From Giardia intestinalis (lineage: Eukaryota), in the NCBI GenBank assembly GCA_000002435.2, contig CM018790.1: 64,000 nucleotides of DNA; one strand, written 5' to 3'. Both the position numbers and the translations under genes were made by a program. Each line of letters begins with the position of its first letter. Within the stretch, counting starts at the first letter, position 1. The notes below the pieces were generated by a model. The model was not told the origin of the DNA. It saw only the letters and a list, made by a program, of their open reading frames with translations, and made no database searches. This document shows, in pieces, positions 48,888 to 59,100 of the stretch.

Positions 48888-50177
48888 CTACTGTAACTCC
48901 TTCTTCACTGTGAAGCTTTCTATCATGGTGGTGTCGACTTTATCTCTTCTTTCCGCATGCTCCTTAATAAGTCCCTGCAGAATGCCTATGAGTGTCGCTT
49001 TGACTTCCCCTGTCAAAAGCTTGCCTGCTTTATAGTCTGCCTTCAATTTTTCCAACTCTGCATCGTCTTTCATGAAGACTTCAAGGTATCGAACACTCAC
49101 GTCCACACTAAGGTCTGCCCCGAAGGCACGGTGTTCCTCTTCTGTGTCCCTGCCGCCTGAAAATGCGTACCTATTGATCTTATTTTTGATCTGTGCGGGG
49201 GTGTCCGTCAAATAGATAGCACTATTTGGGTCCGAGGCGCTCATCTTAGTGCCACTTCCCTGGAGACCAGGCAAGAACTTCCCTAGCAAGTACGCATTTT
49301 TAGGGTGCCCCATACGCGGGGCCAGGTCGCGAGCCAATCGAAAGTAAGGGTCCTGCTCGATACCGGAGGCGATAAGGCACATGGCCTTCTGGTACCTTTT
49401 GCTGTCAGGGAACAGTTCTTCAACAACATGCACAGGAGAAAGGACAGCGTCCTTTTTGGGTGTCTTCTTGGATGCCTTTTTGGTGCTCACTGCATCTGCT
49501 GCATCCTCGTTACCAGTGCCGACAGGGAGGGGTACTCTCGTAAAAGGAAGGCCATCAAAGTAGGTGCTGTATACAGGTAGCATCTGTTTCGGGGGGAACG
49601 CTGCATATCCTACGTTTGCGTCGTTACTGAAGCCAAAGGAGGCACGCAGCTGACTGATAGGGAGCATGCGGTCGACGAGGCAAGAGAATCTATACCTGTT
49701 TTTGAGGCTCAAGTACTGCGAATTGATAAAAATAAACGTCTTATCCGGATCAAAGCCGCATGCAATAATGTCCTTGATGTTTTCCCTGGTATAGCTATCT
49801 ACCTCTGCATAAGAAAGGCTTCTATTTCTGAGGAACTTTTCGTCGTCCGTGATCTGTATAACTACGTAACACTTGAATGCATCCTGGAGGTACTTGGTGA
49901 AAATGAAGGGTAGAAGGTGTCCAAGGTGCAGAGCCCCCGATGAAGGGCCGCGACCCGTATATATGTAAATGGGATGTCCCTTTTCGTAGTAGCTGAGGAA
50001 CTCTTCAAAGTCCCTGTGGGCGTAGAACAAACCACGACGGAGCATGGGATGAGCCTTGGTGCCCGTGACAGTCTCGAACCTCTTCAGAAGATCATCCGTA
50101 ATTGGCGCAGCGCCAAATCTAGTGATAATATCCTCATAAGCAACCGCTGCTGCCTCAGCCGTGGCGTCCGTCTCCAT
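48888..50177 (-). CDS. WARS: Tryptophan--tRNA ligase (eukaryotic cytosolic type)
   Basis: [46 protein letters not shown] aligns with human [47 protein letters not shown]. Also [32 protein letters not shown] (KMSAS motif). Confidence 0.9.
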   Translation of the reverse strand: [429 protein letters not shown]

Positions 50178-50242
50178 CTCTGCAAGGCAGGGAAAAATTA
50201 AAAAAAACTCCCCAACATTTTTTGGTTCTTAGACCCTCCATC

Positions 50243-51001
50243 ATGCTCACCGTGCCACTGACGTTTCCCCTTGACTATCTCTACCCGGGAGAGACGTCAC
50301 ACAATGCTGCATCAGTAACCAAGCTCATGCATCGGCTGATGCAGCTGGCAAATACCCCCATTACAGAGGAAAACAAAACGTTTCTTCTAGAATGCGCTAA
50401 GGACATGCAGGCACACAGCGTAGCATATAGAGTAGCACCTCACATAGAATACCTCAACTTCCTAACGCGGCACGTCCCCAAGACCTCAGAGCAGACAGAG
50501 ATCTTGGAGATTTTCTCTTCTTTATACTTGGCTCAAAGGCGCATTGGGGACCACATAAATATTCCGCAGCACTTTCACAAGGAAGACCCCGCCCTGTCTC
50601 AGGCTACGAAGGATGCGATATCTAACTTGTGTAAGACAGCTGATGGCCTCGCGATAATGCTTGCTAAGACACCGGAGATGCAGCAAAGGATTGCTGACCT
50701 GGAGAGGCTTGGGAAAAACACCTGCAAGGAGAGCATACTGGCGGAGATGGAGTGTCAAAAGGCAATCCTGGAGTCTGTTGCACAAGCGAAAGCAGCCTTG
50801 AACGAGGCCTTCGAAAGCCTTCGTGCCGAGTACCGAACAAAAAAAGATGAGCTAATGGTTGCGTATAAAGAGAAGCTTGACAATGTGGTCAGCGGACAGC
50901 GGGCCTTGTTTATGGATGCTCAGGATGTCCAGGACACCGCAGAGTCTGAGAACAATGAAACAGATGAGTGTGGAGCTGAAGATCCTTCTGTGGATGCATA
51001 G
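50243..51001 (+). CDS. Hypothetical protein, helical and acidic toward the C-terminus
   Basis: The ORF-track start at 50222 is TTG and the first ATG is at 50243 (MLTVPL...). The gene diverges from the Trp-tRNA ligase gene across a short AT-rich spacer. No recognised family. Confidence 0.5.
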   Translation: MLTVPLTFPLDYLYPGETSHNAASVTKLMHRLMQLANTPITEENKTFLLECAKDMQAHSVAYRVAPHIEYLNFLTRHVPKTSEQTEILEIFSSLYLAQRRIGDHINIPQHFHKEDPALSQATKDAISNLCKTADGLAIMLAKTPEMQQRIADLERLGKNTCKESILAEMECQKAILESVAQAKAALNEAFESLRAEYRTKKDELMVAYKEKLDNVVSGQRALFMDAQDVQDTAESENNETDECGAEDPSVDA

Positions 51002-51093
51002 GTGTAACAGATATAAAAGATGTAAATTACTTTCCTTTAATCTTTCCTTTAATCTAAACCTTAATCTGAGGCTTATCTGAGGCCTGGAAAAAA

Positions 51094-54000
51094 ATGAAAG
51101 GCCTAAATGTTGAGATTAACTCCATGGTAACACCGTCGTACGCAGTTAAGGTTGCGCCGACAGTCTTCCTACAGCATATAGTTTTGGATAAAAGCTTGTT
51201 GGCGGGCCATATGCTTCATGGCTTTTACCCCGACTTGCATATTATATTCAAATTAATGACACCGCCAGACACACTCTTAGCTCCTCCAATGAACTCTTCA
51301 ATCCAGAGTACTATTATTTGCAAGAAAACACAACTCACATACGTTTGGAACTCCCAGCAGCTCACCTTCCCCATTTCGATCTCCAACCTGCCACAAGCAG
51401 CACACTTCCACATTAGTATCTATGTACATGGTGTCCTTTTAGGTTCTACAGAGTTCCCCCTTTATAATGAGCACTTTGCCCTACGATGCATGATGCACAC
51501 ATGCCTTATCAAGCCCATAGCCTACACAGATGACCAGATTAGCGAGGAGCTTCCACCGATAGAGCTTTCGTTTGAGCTGGCGCTCCCTCATTCTGAGGAC
51601 AGGACAAGAACCATTGCTAATACTGTCTGCTACGCGCCAGAAGGCCTCTTTCGGAAGACTTCAATGGGGTCTATTACTACCACTGCCGATGCTCATCTCG
51701 CCACAGCCAAGAGCCCTGCGCACGTCTCGCTTCTGGAGATGAATGCGCTCCTGTCCTCCTCTATTACAACTGATATGGATCTTGCTCTTGCACACAAGGT
51801 TATAGAGCACTACTACCGCGTTGCCATGAAAGAGGCCCTTTACCTCAACAAGCCCCACATTCAGAAGCAGTTGACTGCAAGCCTATTCAACCAAGAAGCC
51901 ATTGCTGTCTCAAATTATGCCGCGATAACGGTCCAAAACTATATACCATGCATGCAGTTTTACGATTGTGAGCAAGTGCTTGCAAAGTTCACAGCAGATC
52001 AGGAAGCCGGGGCCTTCTCTCGTCTGGCTGTTGCACTCAAGACCGCCACGGAGAAACCTCTCTCGGACGTGGATCTCTTTGGGCTCAAGAGTGCAACATC
52101 CACATACACTAATGCAGAGACTCTTTCTCATCTACGGAACATAATAGCACGCTCCTTCAATAAGTACCAAGCCGATCCCACACCCACTTCTTCCCAAAAT
52201 GATGACACTTCCCCTAGCCAGGATTCATCCTACACACTCACACACAATGTGCGGGCAGCTACAAGTATTGATGAGATCAAGCTCGACCAGTTTAACCCAA
52301 CAGATTACGCTTTGGCTCTAAACTACAAGATCTCTTCTAAATGCAAGGTGCGCGACCAGAACGAGCATATCTTGTCAGCAATCGCACCACAGTACGATGC
52401 AGATCCGTCGACATTGGTCCCAGACAATGCCAGCGCTGGAAAATTGGCGAAACTATGCGACGTTCTATTTACTCACCAACTAAGGAGTCAGGACAAAGAC
52501 TTAATTTGGAAGTATAGATATTACATGCGTAAGTATCCCAGAGGACTGATAAAGGTTATAAGTTCCATACCACAGAGCTATAGGAACGTGTTGATAAGGC
52601 AGCGTTCAGTCAAGGACAAAGGCCAGGACAGCGGTCAAAATTTTGGCGATTCTATTGATGAATCTACTAATCAGGACCTTCGACACATTGTGGGAGAGCT
52701 CAAAACCCTTCTATACACGTGGAATGATCCTGCAATCGATCAGCTTCTTCTCCTTCTCTCACAAGAGTACTCTCTGTATAATTTGAACACTAACGTGATA
52801 CGTGAGTATGCTATCAATAAGCTTAACCAGTTTGCAGACTCTGTGCTACTCCAGTTTTTGCTGGAGTTGACGTTCAAAATAGATCTTGACGAAAGCCTCT
52901 GCATTGTCGACCTATTTAATTATAAAGAATTGTACCAGTCCATTGAGGACCAGATGATTGATCAGCAGGAAACGTTAGCACGAGAGAAGAAGAAGCGCCT
53001 AGAAACTGCCGAGCAAGACCTTCTCAATATAACACCCATCATAGAAACTAAATCGTTACCTTTCAAGGGGACAAAGAAGAATGCGCTTCAATCAAAATCG
53101 ATTTTGTCGGGGATGAGTGCTTCTCCGGCAGAATTTTTTGATCTGCGGGGATCCAAGGACCCAATTGTGGACCCCAAAACAAGCAAAACAAGCATAGCAA
53201 GCATCCCTGTTGCTGGTAACACATTTAGCAGCTCATCTAAGCTTTCGATAAAGTCCTTTACGCACCACTCCTTTTCAGTGGAGATTCCGACTCAAAGCTA
53301 TGGTCGCAGTCAGGTTATGCCGAAGTCTACGCTTCAGAAAGCAACCATACTGAACGAAGAGGAGGTGTCCTCGTTCTGTGAAGCAAGGTTTGGCAATATG
53401 GCAGATTTGCAATTCGATACAATGGACATGTCATACACTGACTCATCTGACGAGGCGCCCACCATTCTCCTCAGAAGTGCTGACGATCACACAACAAGTG
53501 ACGACACGAAGGGTACCATTGGGGAGCACTCCCAAACTTCTGGAAGGGAAGAGTCTGCACTGGTGCACAATCCTGCAGAGCCTCAGAGGTATCTCACATT
53601 TAAAAACCTTTCAGATATGTTGATAGCCAGAGCTATCTCAGCGCCATACACATTCTATCTGTTTTATTTTTATGTAGATTTATGGTATAGCAATTCGATT
53701 AGACAACAGGATGAGAATGCACAGAGAAAGCTGCTGGCATGCAGAGATGGTTATTATGCTATCATGAAGGAGAAGGACCCAGAGTTTTACTCCTGTCTAC
53801 GCTCCACAATCTTATTCTCTCAGCAACTTATTAACATTTCAAAGAAATCTTCAGAACTAGGCTCTGTTAGGCATGCAGACCAGGAGAAAATGATCAAGAA
53901 GATGATTCAGGATGGCACTCTTCTCACAGCCCTAGAGCGTAAGCAGAACTCGGACCCGAGTATGGATGATGAGCACAGTGACCCTAGACTTGATAGCGAC

Positions 54001-56010
54001 AAACTCGGAGTCATCTTCCCATTTGTCATGCTTAAGAACCATCAGACCACCGCTAGTGACGATGCCTTCGTTACAGCAATTAATCTGCGCAGGCCCATGC
54101 GCCACAGACGGATAGAGTCCCTCAATGCAGCCAGCTTCTCAACCGAGTTTAATATTTTTGTGACCGAAACGGAGAATAGCAACCCATCAACCGTTGTTCA
54201 GTCATCACCCAAGAAGCTCTGTTCAGACGCTGTTACCGATGCTTCTGGAACATCGTCCATACCACAGTTCTCCGTGTCTCCACTGCAAGAAGAAGGAGAC
54301 ACTAAGGCAGTCAAGAATGACGTGGAGAAGAAGCCTGGAAACGTCCTGGTCGTAGATAAGAACGAGACCTATGCAGACTTCCACAAAAAGTTTGTCCACA
54401 TATGCGGCATAAACCCAGATAATGTTAAGGTAATGACCTCTGCAAAGCGTCCCATCCTGTACCACCTTATCCAGGCAGAAACGGGGAAGGAAATCCCTGT
54501 ACTGCTTAAGATTAACGACGATGTGCGACTAGACATGCTCTACGTCCACTTGTTCTCTCTTATGGATAGCTACATGCAGACGCACAACTTAGACATGAAG
54601 TTCACCATATACTCCTGTTTCGCCCTGTCACCATCTATCGGATTCATAGAGTGCATCTTACCATCAGAATCCCAAGACGACATATACAAGAAGAAGGAAC
54701 TGGGAACAATTACTGACTACTTCAACGCCATGCTCTGCAAATACAGAAGCCAAGTTTCTCCATCTGTCCTCTCGCAGGCCCTGGTGAAGCTACCCTCCCT
54801 ACTCTCGGAAATATCTGCAAAACTGCTGGCCGACGAATCGCTGTGTCTCAGCAGTCTTATAAGTGAGTCTATTCTGGATGGAAAACTACCTCCACAATCA
54901 CCCTACGCCTTTTCCGAATTTAGTGACAAAACAATTCCGTCTGTTGCGGGCAAAGGATCTCTTCCGTTTGGAGAGGAGTCATACCAAATGGTTAAGAAGA
55001 GAACCCGGCCATCAAACCTCTCTTCCACCAGCGTACATATACCAAACATGTCCACGTCTATGGACGATCTTATGGGAGGCATAAGGAGCACAAAGGGTGC
55101 CCACAAAAGCGTCTTTAGTGATGACGGTGTGGAGAAGCGACAAGAGAACTCTCGTGGACACTCAAGGCATGTCTCAACTTCAGACTGCTCCTATGGAGGG
55201 TCAGAAGCCAAGGGCAGTGGAGACAAGGGATCAGAGACTATAGAATCTGACAAGGTGATGAGTGCAGGGGCAACACCGTCGATCCAAAGTCGCCACACCC
55301 GAGGGGTACCATCAAACCTGTCTCTACAAATAGGAAATCGTCCGTTGACACAGGACATCGTTCAGAAGTGGTTAGTGGAGCAATTGACCGTCAAGGGCAT
55401 AGAGTCCTTACCCCAGAAGGTGTACGCAATAATTGGCTCAGTGATTGACAAGGTGTATAGATTCAACGGTCCCTTAAATTGCATGAATGATATCACAGCA
55501 GAAGCTCAAATGTCAAATTTTGTCAAGTCCACCGCCGCATACAGTGTTGCAACATATTTATTGAGAGCGGGAGACAGACATGGGGAGAACCTCCTCATTC
55601 GCCCAGACGGGAGGATGTTCCACATAGACTTTGGCTGGTGCTTTGGGAAAGATCCCAAGCTTATGGCTCCGAAGATGAAGGTCTCCAAGGACTTGGTCAA
55701 GGCCATGGGCGGAGAGGGAAGCGCAGATTTTGAGAGTTATCTCAATTATGTAGCTGAAATCTTCTGTATGTTGAGACAAGATGTGTACATCATAATATCA
55801 TTACTGTACATACTTCAGGGCGGGGGAATGGCCTATCTCGATGAAGCAGCCCAGTCACACTTTTACGTCATCGAAGACAACTATCAGCTTTCGCTTGAAA
55901 GGGACGCAGCAATCTATTACATACTAGATGTGGTGAAGGCCTCCATGAAGGCGATCATGGGGCAGTTCATCGACGCCTTCCACAGGTTCACCCAGGGCTT
56001 TAAGAAATAG
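51094..56010 (+). CDS. VPS34: Phosphatidylinositol 3-kinase, class III (Vps34-like), with very large insertions (1638 aa)
   Basis: The C-terminal catalytic core RAGDRHGENLLIRPDGRMFHIDFGWCFGKDPKLMAPKMKVSKDLVKAMGGEGS aligns with Vps34 [48 protein letters not shown]. Lipid-kinase unique residues precede it (KINDDVRLDMLYVHLFSLMD...GFIECI). There is an N-terminal C2-like beta region and about 700 aa of low-complexity insert in between. Confidence 0.85.
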   Translation: MKGLNVEINSMVTPSYAVKVAPTVFLQHIVLDKSLLAGHMLHGFYPDLHIIFKLMTPPDTLLAPPMNSSIQSTIICKKTQLTYVWNSQQLTFPISISNLPQAAHFHISIYVHGVLLGSTEFPLYNEHFALRCMMHTCLIKPIAYTDDQISEELPPIELSFELALPHSEDRTRTIANTVCYAPEGLFRKTSMGSITTTADAHLATAKSPAHVSLLEMNALLSSSITTDMDLALAHKVIEHYYRVAMKEALYLNKPHIQKQLTASLFNQEAIAVSNYAAITVQNYIPCMQFYDCEQVLAKFTADQEAGAFSRLAVALKTATEKPLSDVDLFGLKSATSTYTNAETLSHLRNIIARSFNKYQADPTPTSSQNDDTSPSQDSSYTLTHNVRAATSIDEIKLDQFNPTDYALALNYKISSKCKVRDQNEHILSAIAPQYDADPSTLVPDNASAGKLAKLCDVLFTHQLRSQDKDLIWKYRYYMRKYPRGLIKVISSIPQSYRNVLIRQRSVKDKGQDSGQNFGDSIDESTNQDLRHIVGELKTLLYTWNDPAIDQLLLLLSQEYSLYNLNTNVIREYAINKLNQFADSVLLQFLLELTFKIDLDESLCIVDLFNYKELYQSIEDQMIDQQETLAREKKKRLETAEQDLLNITPIIETKSLPFKGTKKNALQSKSILSGMSASPAEFFDLRGSKDPIVDPKTSKTSIASIPVAGNTFSSSSKLSIKSFTHHSFSVEIPTQSYGRSQVMPKSTLQKATILNEEEVSSFCEARFGNMADLQFDTMDMSYTDSSDEAPTILLRSADDHTTSDDTKGTIGEHSQTSGREESALVHNPAEPQRYLTFKNLSDMLIARAISAPYTFYLFYFYVDLWYSNSIRQQDENAQRKLLACRDGYYAIMKEKDPEFYSCLRSTILFSQQLINISKKSSELGSVRHADQEKMIKKMIQDGTLLTALERKQNSDPSMDDEHSDPRLDSDKLGVIFPFVMLKNHQTTASDDAFVTAINLRRPMRHRRIESLNAASFSTEFNIFVTETENSNPSTVVQSSPKKLCSDAVTDASGTSSIPQFSVSPLQEEGDTKAVKNDVEKKPGNVLVVDKNETYADFHKKFVHICGINPDNVKVMTSAKRPILYHLIQAETGKEIPVLLKINDDVRLDMLYVHLFSLMDSYMQTHNLDMKFTIYSCFALSPSIGFIECILPSESQDDIYKKKELGTITDYFNAMLCKYRSQVSPSVLSQALVKLPSLLSEISAKLLADESLCLSSLISESILDGKLPPQSPYAFSEFSDKTIPSVAGKGSLPFGEESYQMVKKRTRPSNLSSTSVHIPNMSTSMDDLMGGIRSTKGAHKSVFSDDGVEKRQENSRGHSRHVSTSDCSYGGSEAKGSGDKGSETIESDKVMSAGATPSIQSRHTRGVPSNLSLQIGNRPLTQDIVQKWLVEQLTVKGIESLPQKVYAIIGSVIDKVYRFNGPLNCMNDITAEAQMSNFVKSTAAYSVATYLLRAGDRHGENLLIRPDGRMFHIDFGWCFGKDPKLMAPKMKVSKDLVKAMGGEGSADFESYLNYVAEIFCMLRQDVYIIISLLYILQGGGMAYLDEAAQSHFYVIEDNYQLSLERDAAIYYILDVVKASMKAIMGQFIDAFHRFTQGFKK

Positions 56011-56173
56011 ACGAGGATTTGTAAAATAAACTATTTTAAATTCAATTCTGTAAAATAAATTTTTTATTTTTTGACTCTAGGCTGAAGCTGCCAAGGTGCG
56101 TGATCCCTCGGTGATGCCTTGAGTGTTGCTTCACCAAAGAACAACCACACGGCACAGCCGAATCTCTCATTTT

Positions 56174-59100
56174 TTAAACTTTCTCGGATCCTTTGGGGTC
56201 TGTCAGCCCCTCTGATGCCTTCGCTAAGGACACTGCTGACTCTATGAGCTCTGCGCACGCAGGGAAGTTGTAAGTGCGGGCCCACTCGGCTGCTGTTTTC
56301 CGTGCAAAGGTTCTTGTGTATGCTTCTTGCGTAAGCTCTAAGAGAATTCTCACGCACTCTTCGTGACCCCCAGTCGCTGCAAAGTGTAGGGCTGTAAATC
56401 CACGCTGAAGGGAACTCAGAGCTGTCACGCAGAGCCCGCCCTCAAGTGGCGCCAGCGCCTCCACCGCACGCGCTTGCCCGCTTCTTGCTGCCAGCATCAA
56501 CGCGGTTTCGCCGTCTACAGTGGTAAGTCTCGCCTCTGCAGTCTTGAGGAGCTCTACCCCCTCTGTATTGCCGCTTGCTACTGCCCACATTAAAGCCGTC
56601 CAACCCTTTTGCGTTTGCTTCTGAAGACACGTCGAAAAGTGTGGGCTGGTGATAACCTCATTCATGCCGTACTGCGCTGCGTACATAAGGGCAGTTTGGC
56701 CAGTCTTGTCTGCCAGATCAGATTCCTTCCCAAGGAGAACTTGGGCCGCCTCTTTGTTGCCGCAGAGGATAGCGTATACTAGAGCAGTGTATCCGTTCTT
56801 GTCTTGCTTCCCTGCGCAATCCATGTATGGCTCGATATTCTTGTGTGTGGCAGCGGCTACCATCAGATGGGACACCCTGTCAAGAGGTAGGTACCGCTCC
56901 TCACGTTCGATCAGCTGCATGGATATATCTGCCATGCCGTTAGTTAACGATGCATACAGAGCGTAGTGTCCAGACGGAGATATTAGTCCGGCATTCCACG
57001 GCAGTAGTAGCTGTGCAATGTTCTTCTGCTTCTTCTCTATGGCCGCATAGAACGGATATTTGCCTTGCTTATTCAGGATTTTGGCTTCGTACTGGCACAA
57101 CACCGCACACCCTTCTTCATAGCAGTTGTCTATTGCCATAAAGAGTGCACTCTTTCCGTTCCTTTTATTTTTCAGTCCACAAAAGTATGGAGCTAAGAGC
57201 TCAATGGTAGCTATATCCCGCACGAGAACAGCTGTCATAAGCGGTGTGTTGCCTTTGTTGTCATATATGTCGCCCCTATCGATTTCGTACCGTGACAATG
57301 CCTCTGCAGCCACTGTGTTTCTCACAGCGATCGCCAAATATAAGGGTGATTTTCCAGATGCCGTGCTTATGGTTCTCTCCTTGATGTACAGAGCACTCAG
57401 GGTGCTTTCACAACACCCCTGTGCCTGTATATATAGGTGAAGGGCTGTCAAGCAGTCTTTATCTACGGCAGCAAGGATCTTGTGCTGAAGATAGCAGTCG
57501 TGAGGGAAGCGACACTGCTTTCTTGACATAGTTGTGCCGGCATCCTCCAGGGTCATCTCGATGAGGCGTTCCATTTTAAAATGGCAGGAATACATAAGTG
57601 CGGTCCATCCTCTACCATCCTTGACTCCCAGATACTCTGGCTTGAATAGCAGTTCTGCGATCTTTTCGTTTCCAGCCTGGCACGCAATCATGAATGAGGT
57701 GTGCCCGCGCCTGTCAGTGATGTGACTCTCCTTAGAGATCAGCTTGGTAGACACAGGGTTCAGCTTTTTGTTAAATACTGAATAGTGCAAAGCGCAATGC
57801 CCAGACACATCCACAGCTCCGGCCTCTCGCTCGATCAGGGCGTTTGCAAGTTTGATGTTGCCACACTGGATGGCATGCATCAATGCCGTCCGACCCTGTG
57901 TATCGGTAATACCCGACTCCTTGACCAGGTGCTCTAGGATCTTACAAGAAATCAGAGGCTCTTTGCTACAGTGCATGAGCGCAGTCTCTCCACTTATGGT
58001 TCTAAGGTACAGCTCCTTCCCTACGAGAAGCTTTGTTAAGTTGATATTATTGTATTGAGCACAATACATTAAGGCCGTCTTGCCGTTTTTATCCCTCATT
58101 CCAGCCTGGGCATCCACGAGCGCGTATAATTCGCTAGTGAAAATGTCTGTGTAGAAGCTTTTGCAGTCTAGGCTCAGTTCAGGGCTCTGAATATCGACCT
58201 CATCTGCTTCACAGTTAATACGTTTTACACCTCGCATCTTGCGGCTAGAATAAACAGCATACTTCATAAGAGGCGTTCGTTCTAGGGTATCTCGAGGAAC
58301 AGGAGTGTTACCATTAATGTAATTAAGGATTTGTTCCGATGCGCACACTCGTTGTATTAGTTGCAGCTCTGTAAGCTCTTCCTGGGTCTCCTTATCAACG
58401 TACAGGAGACCGCATTCATACCTATAAAGCAGCTTGACTTGCTCTATATTCCCGCACATGCACGCATGTATTAAGGCCGTCTTTCCCTCCTTATCACGCA
58501 GACTGACTTCGCTCTGCAATAGTAGCTGAGTGCAGCGCAGACCCTCTGTGGTCTCCGGGCTCCTGCTAAGGTGCATTAGGGCTGTGCGTCCGTCGTCATC
58601 AATGATTCCCACCTCCGATCTATAAAGGGCGCAGGTGAGCGCATAGTTGGCATTCATGCATGCGTTCATCATGCGCGTTCTCTGTCCTGGGAGTCTCTTC
58701 GGATATGGATGCGTGGCCAGAATCTGCACTATTTCCTCGTCGTTTAGCTCTATAGCATAGTCAATCGGGAATATACCCCTACTATCAACTACGTCAGACT
58801 CTCCAGGAGCCAAGATTGACACGATATCCTGCAGTATTTTGTGACGCTCATCCAATCCCAACTCCTTCCAAAGGTCTGGCGAAGATTTCAGACAAGTCAG
58901 ACAACTCTTTAAAAGCCTCAGCAGCGCTGTGTTTCCATTCTTGTCGCGATGCTTAATCTCATGAGGTGCGAGCATTTTTACAATTGCCGTATGACCACGG
59001 TCGGCTGCCAACATGAGGGCTGACGTGCCATCTGTTAGATATGCATTCTTCTGATCTATAAAGTGTGGGACCCAGGCAGATGCGTTATACACTGCCGCGA

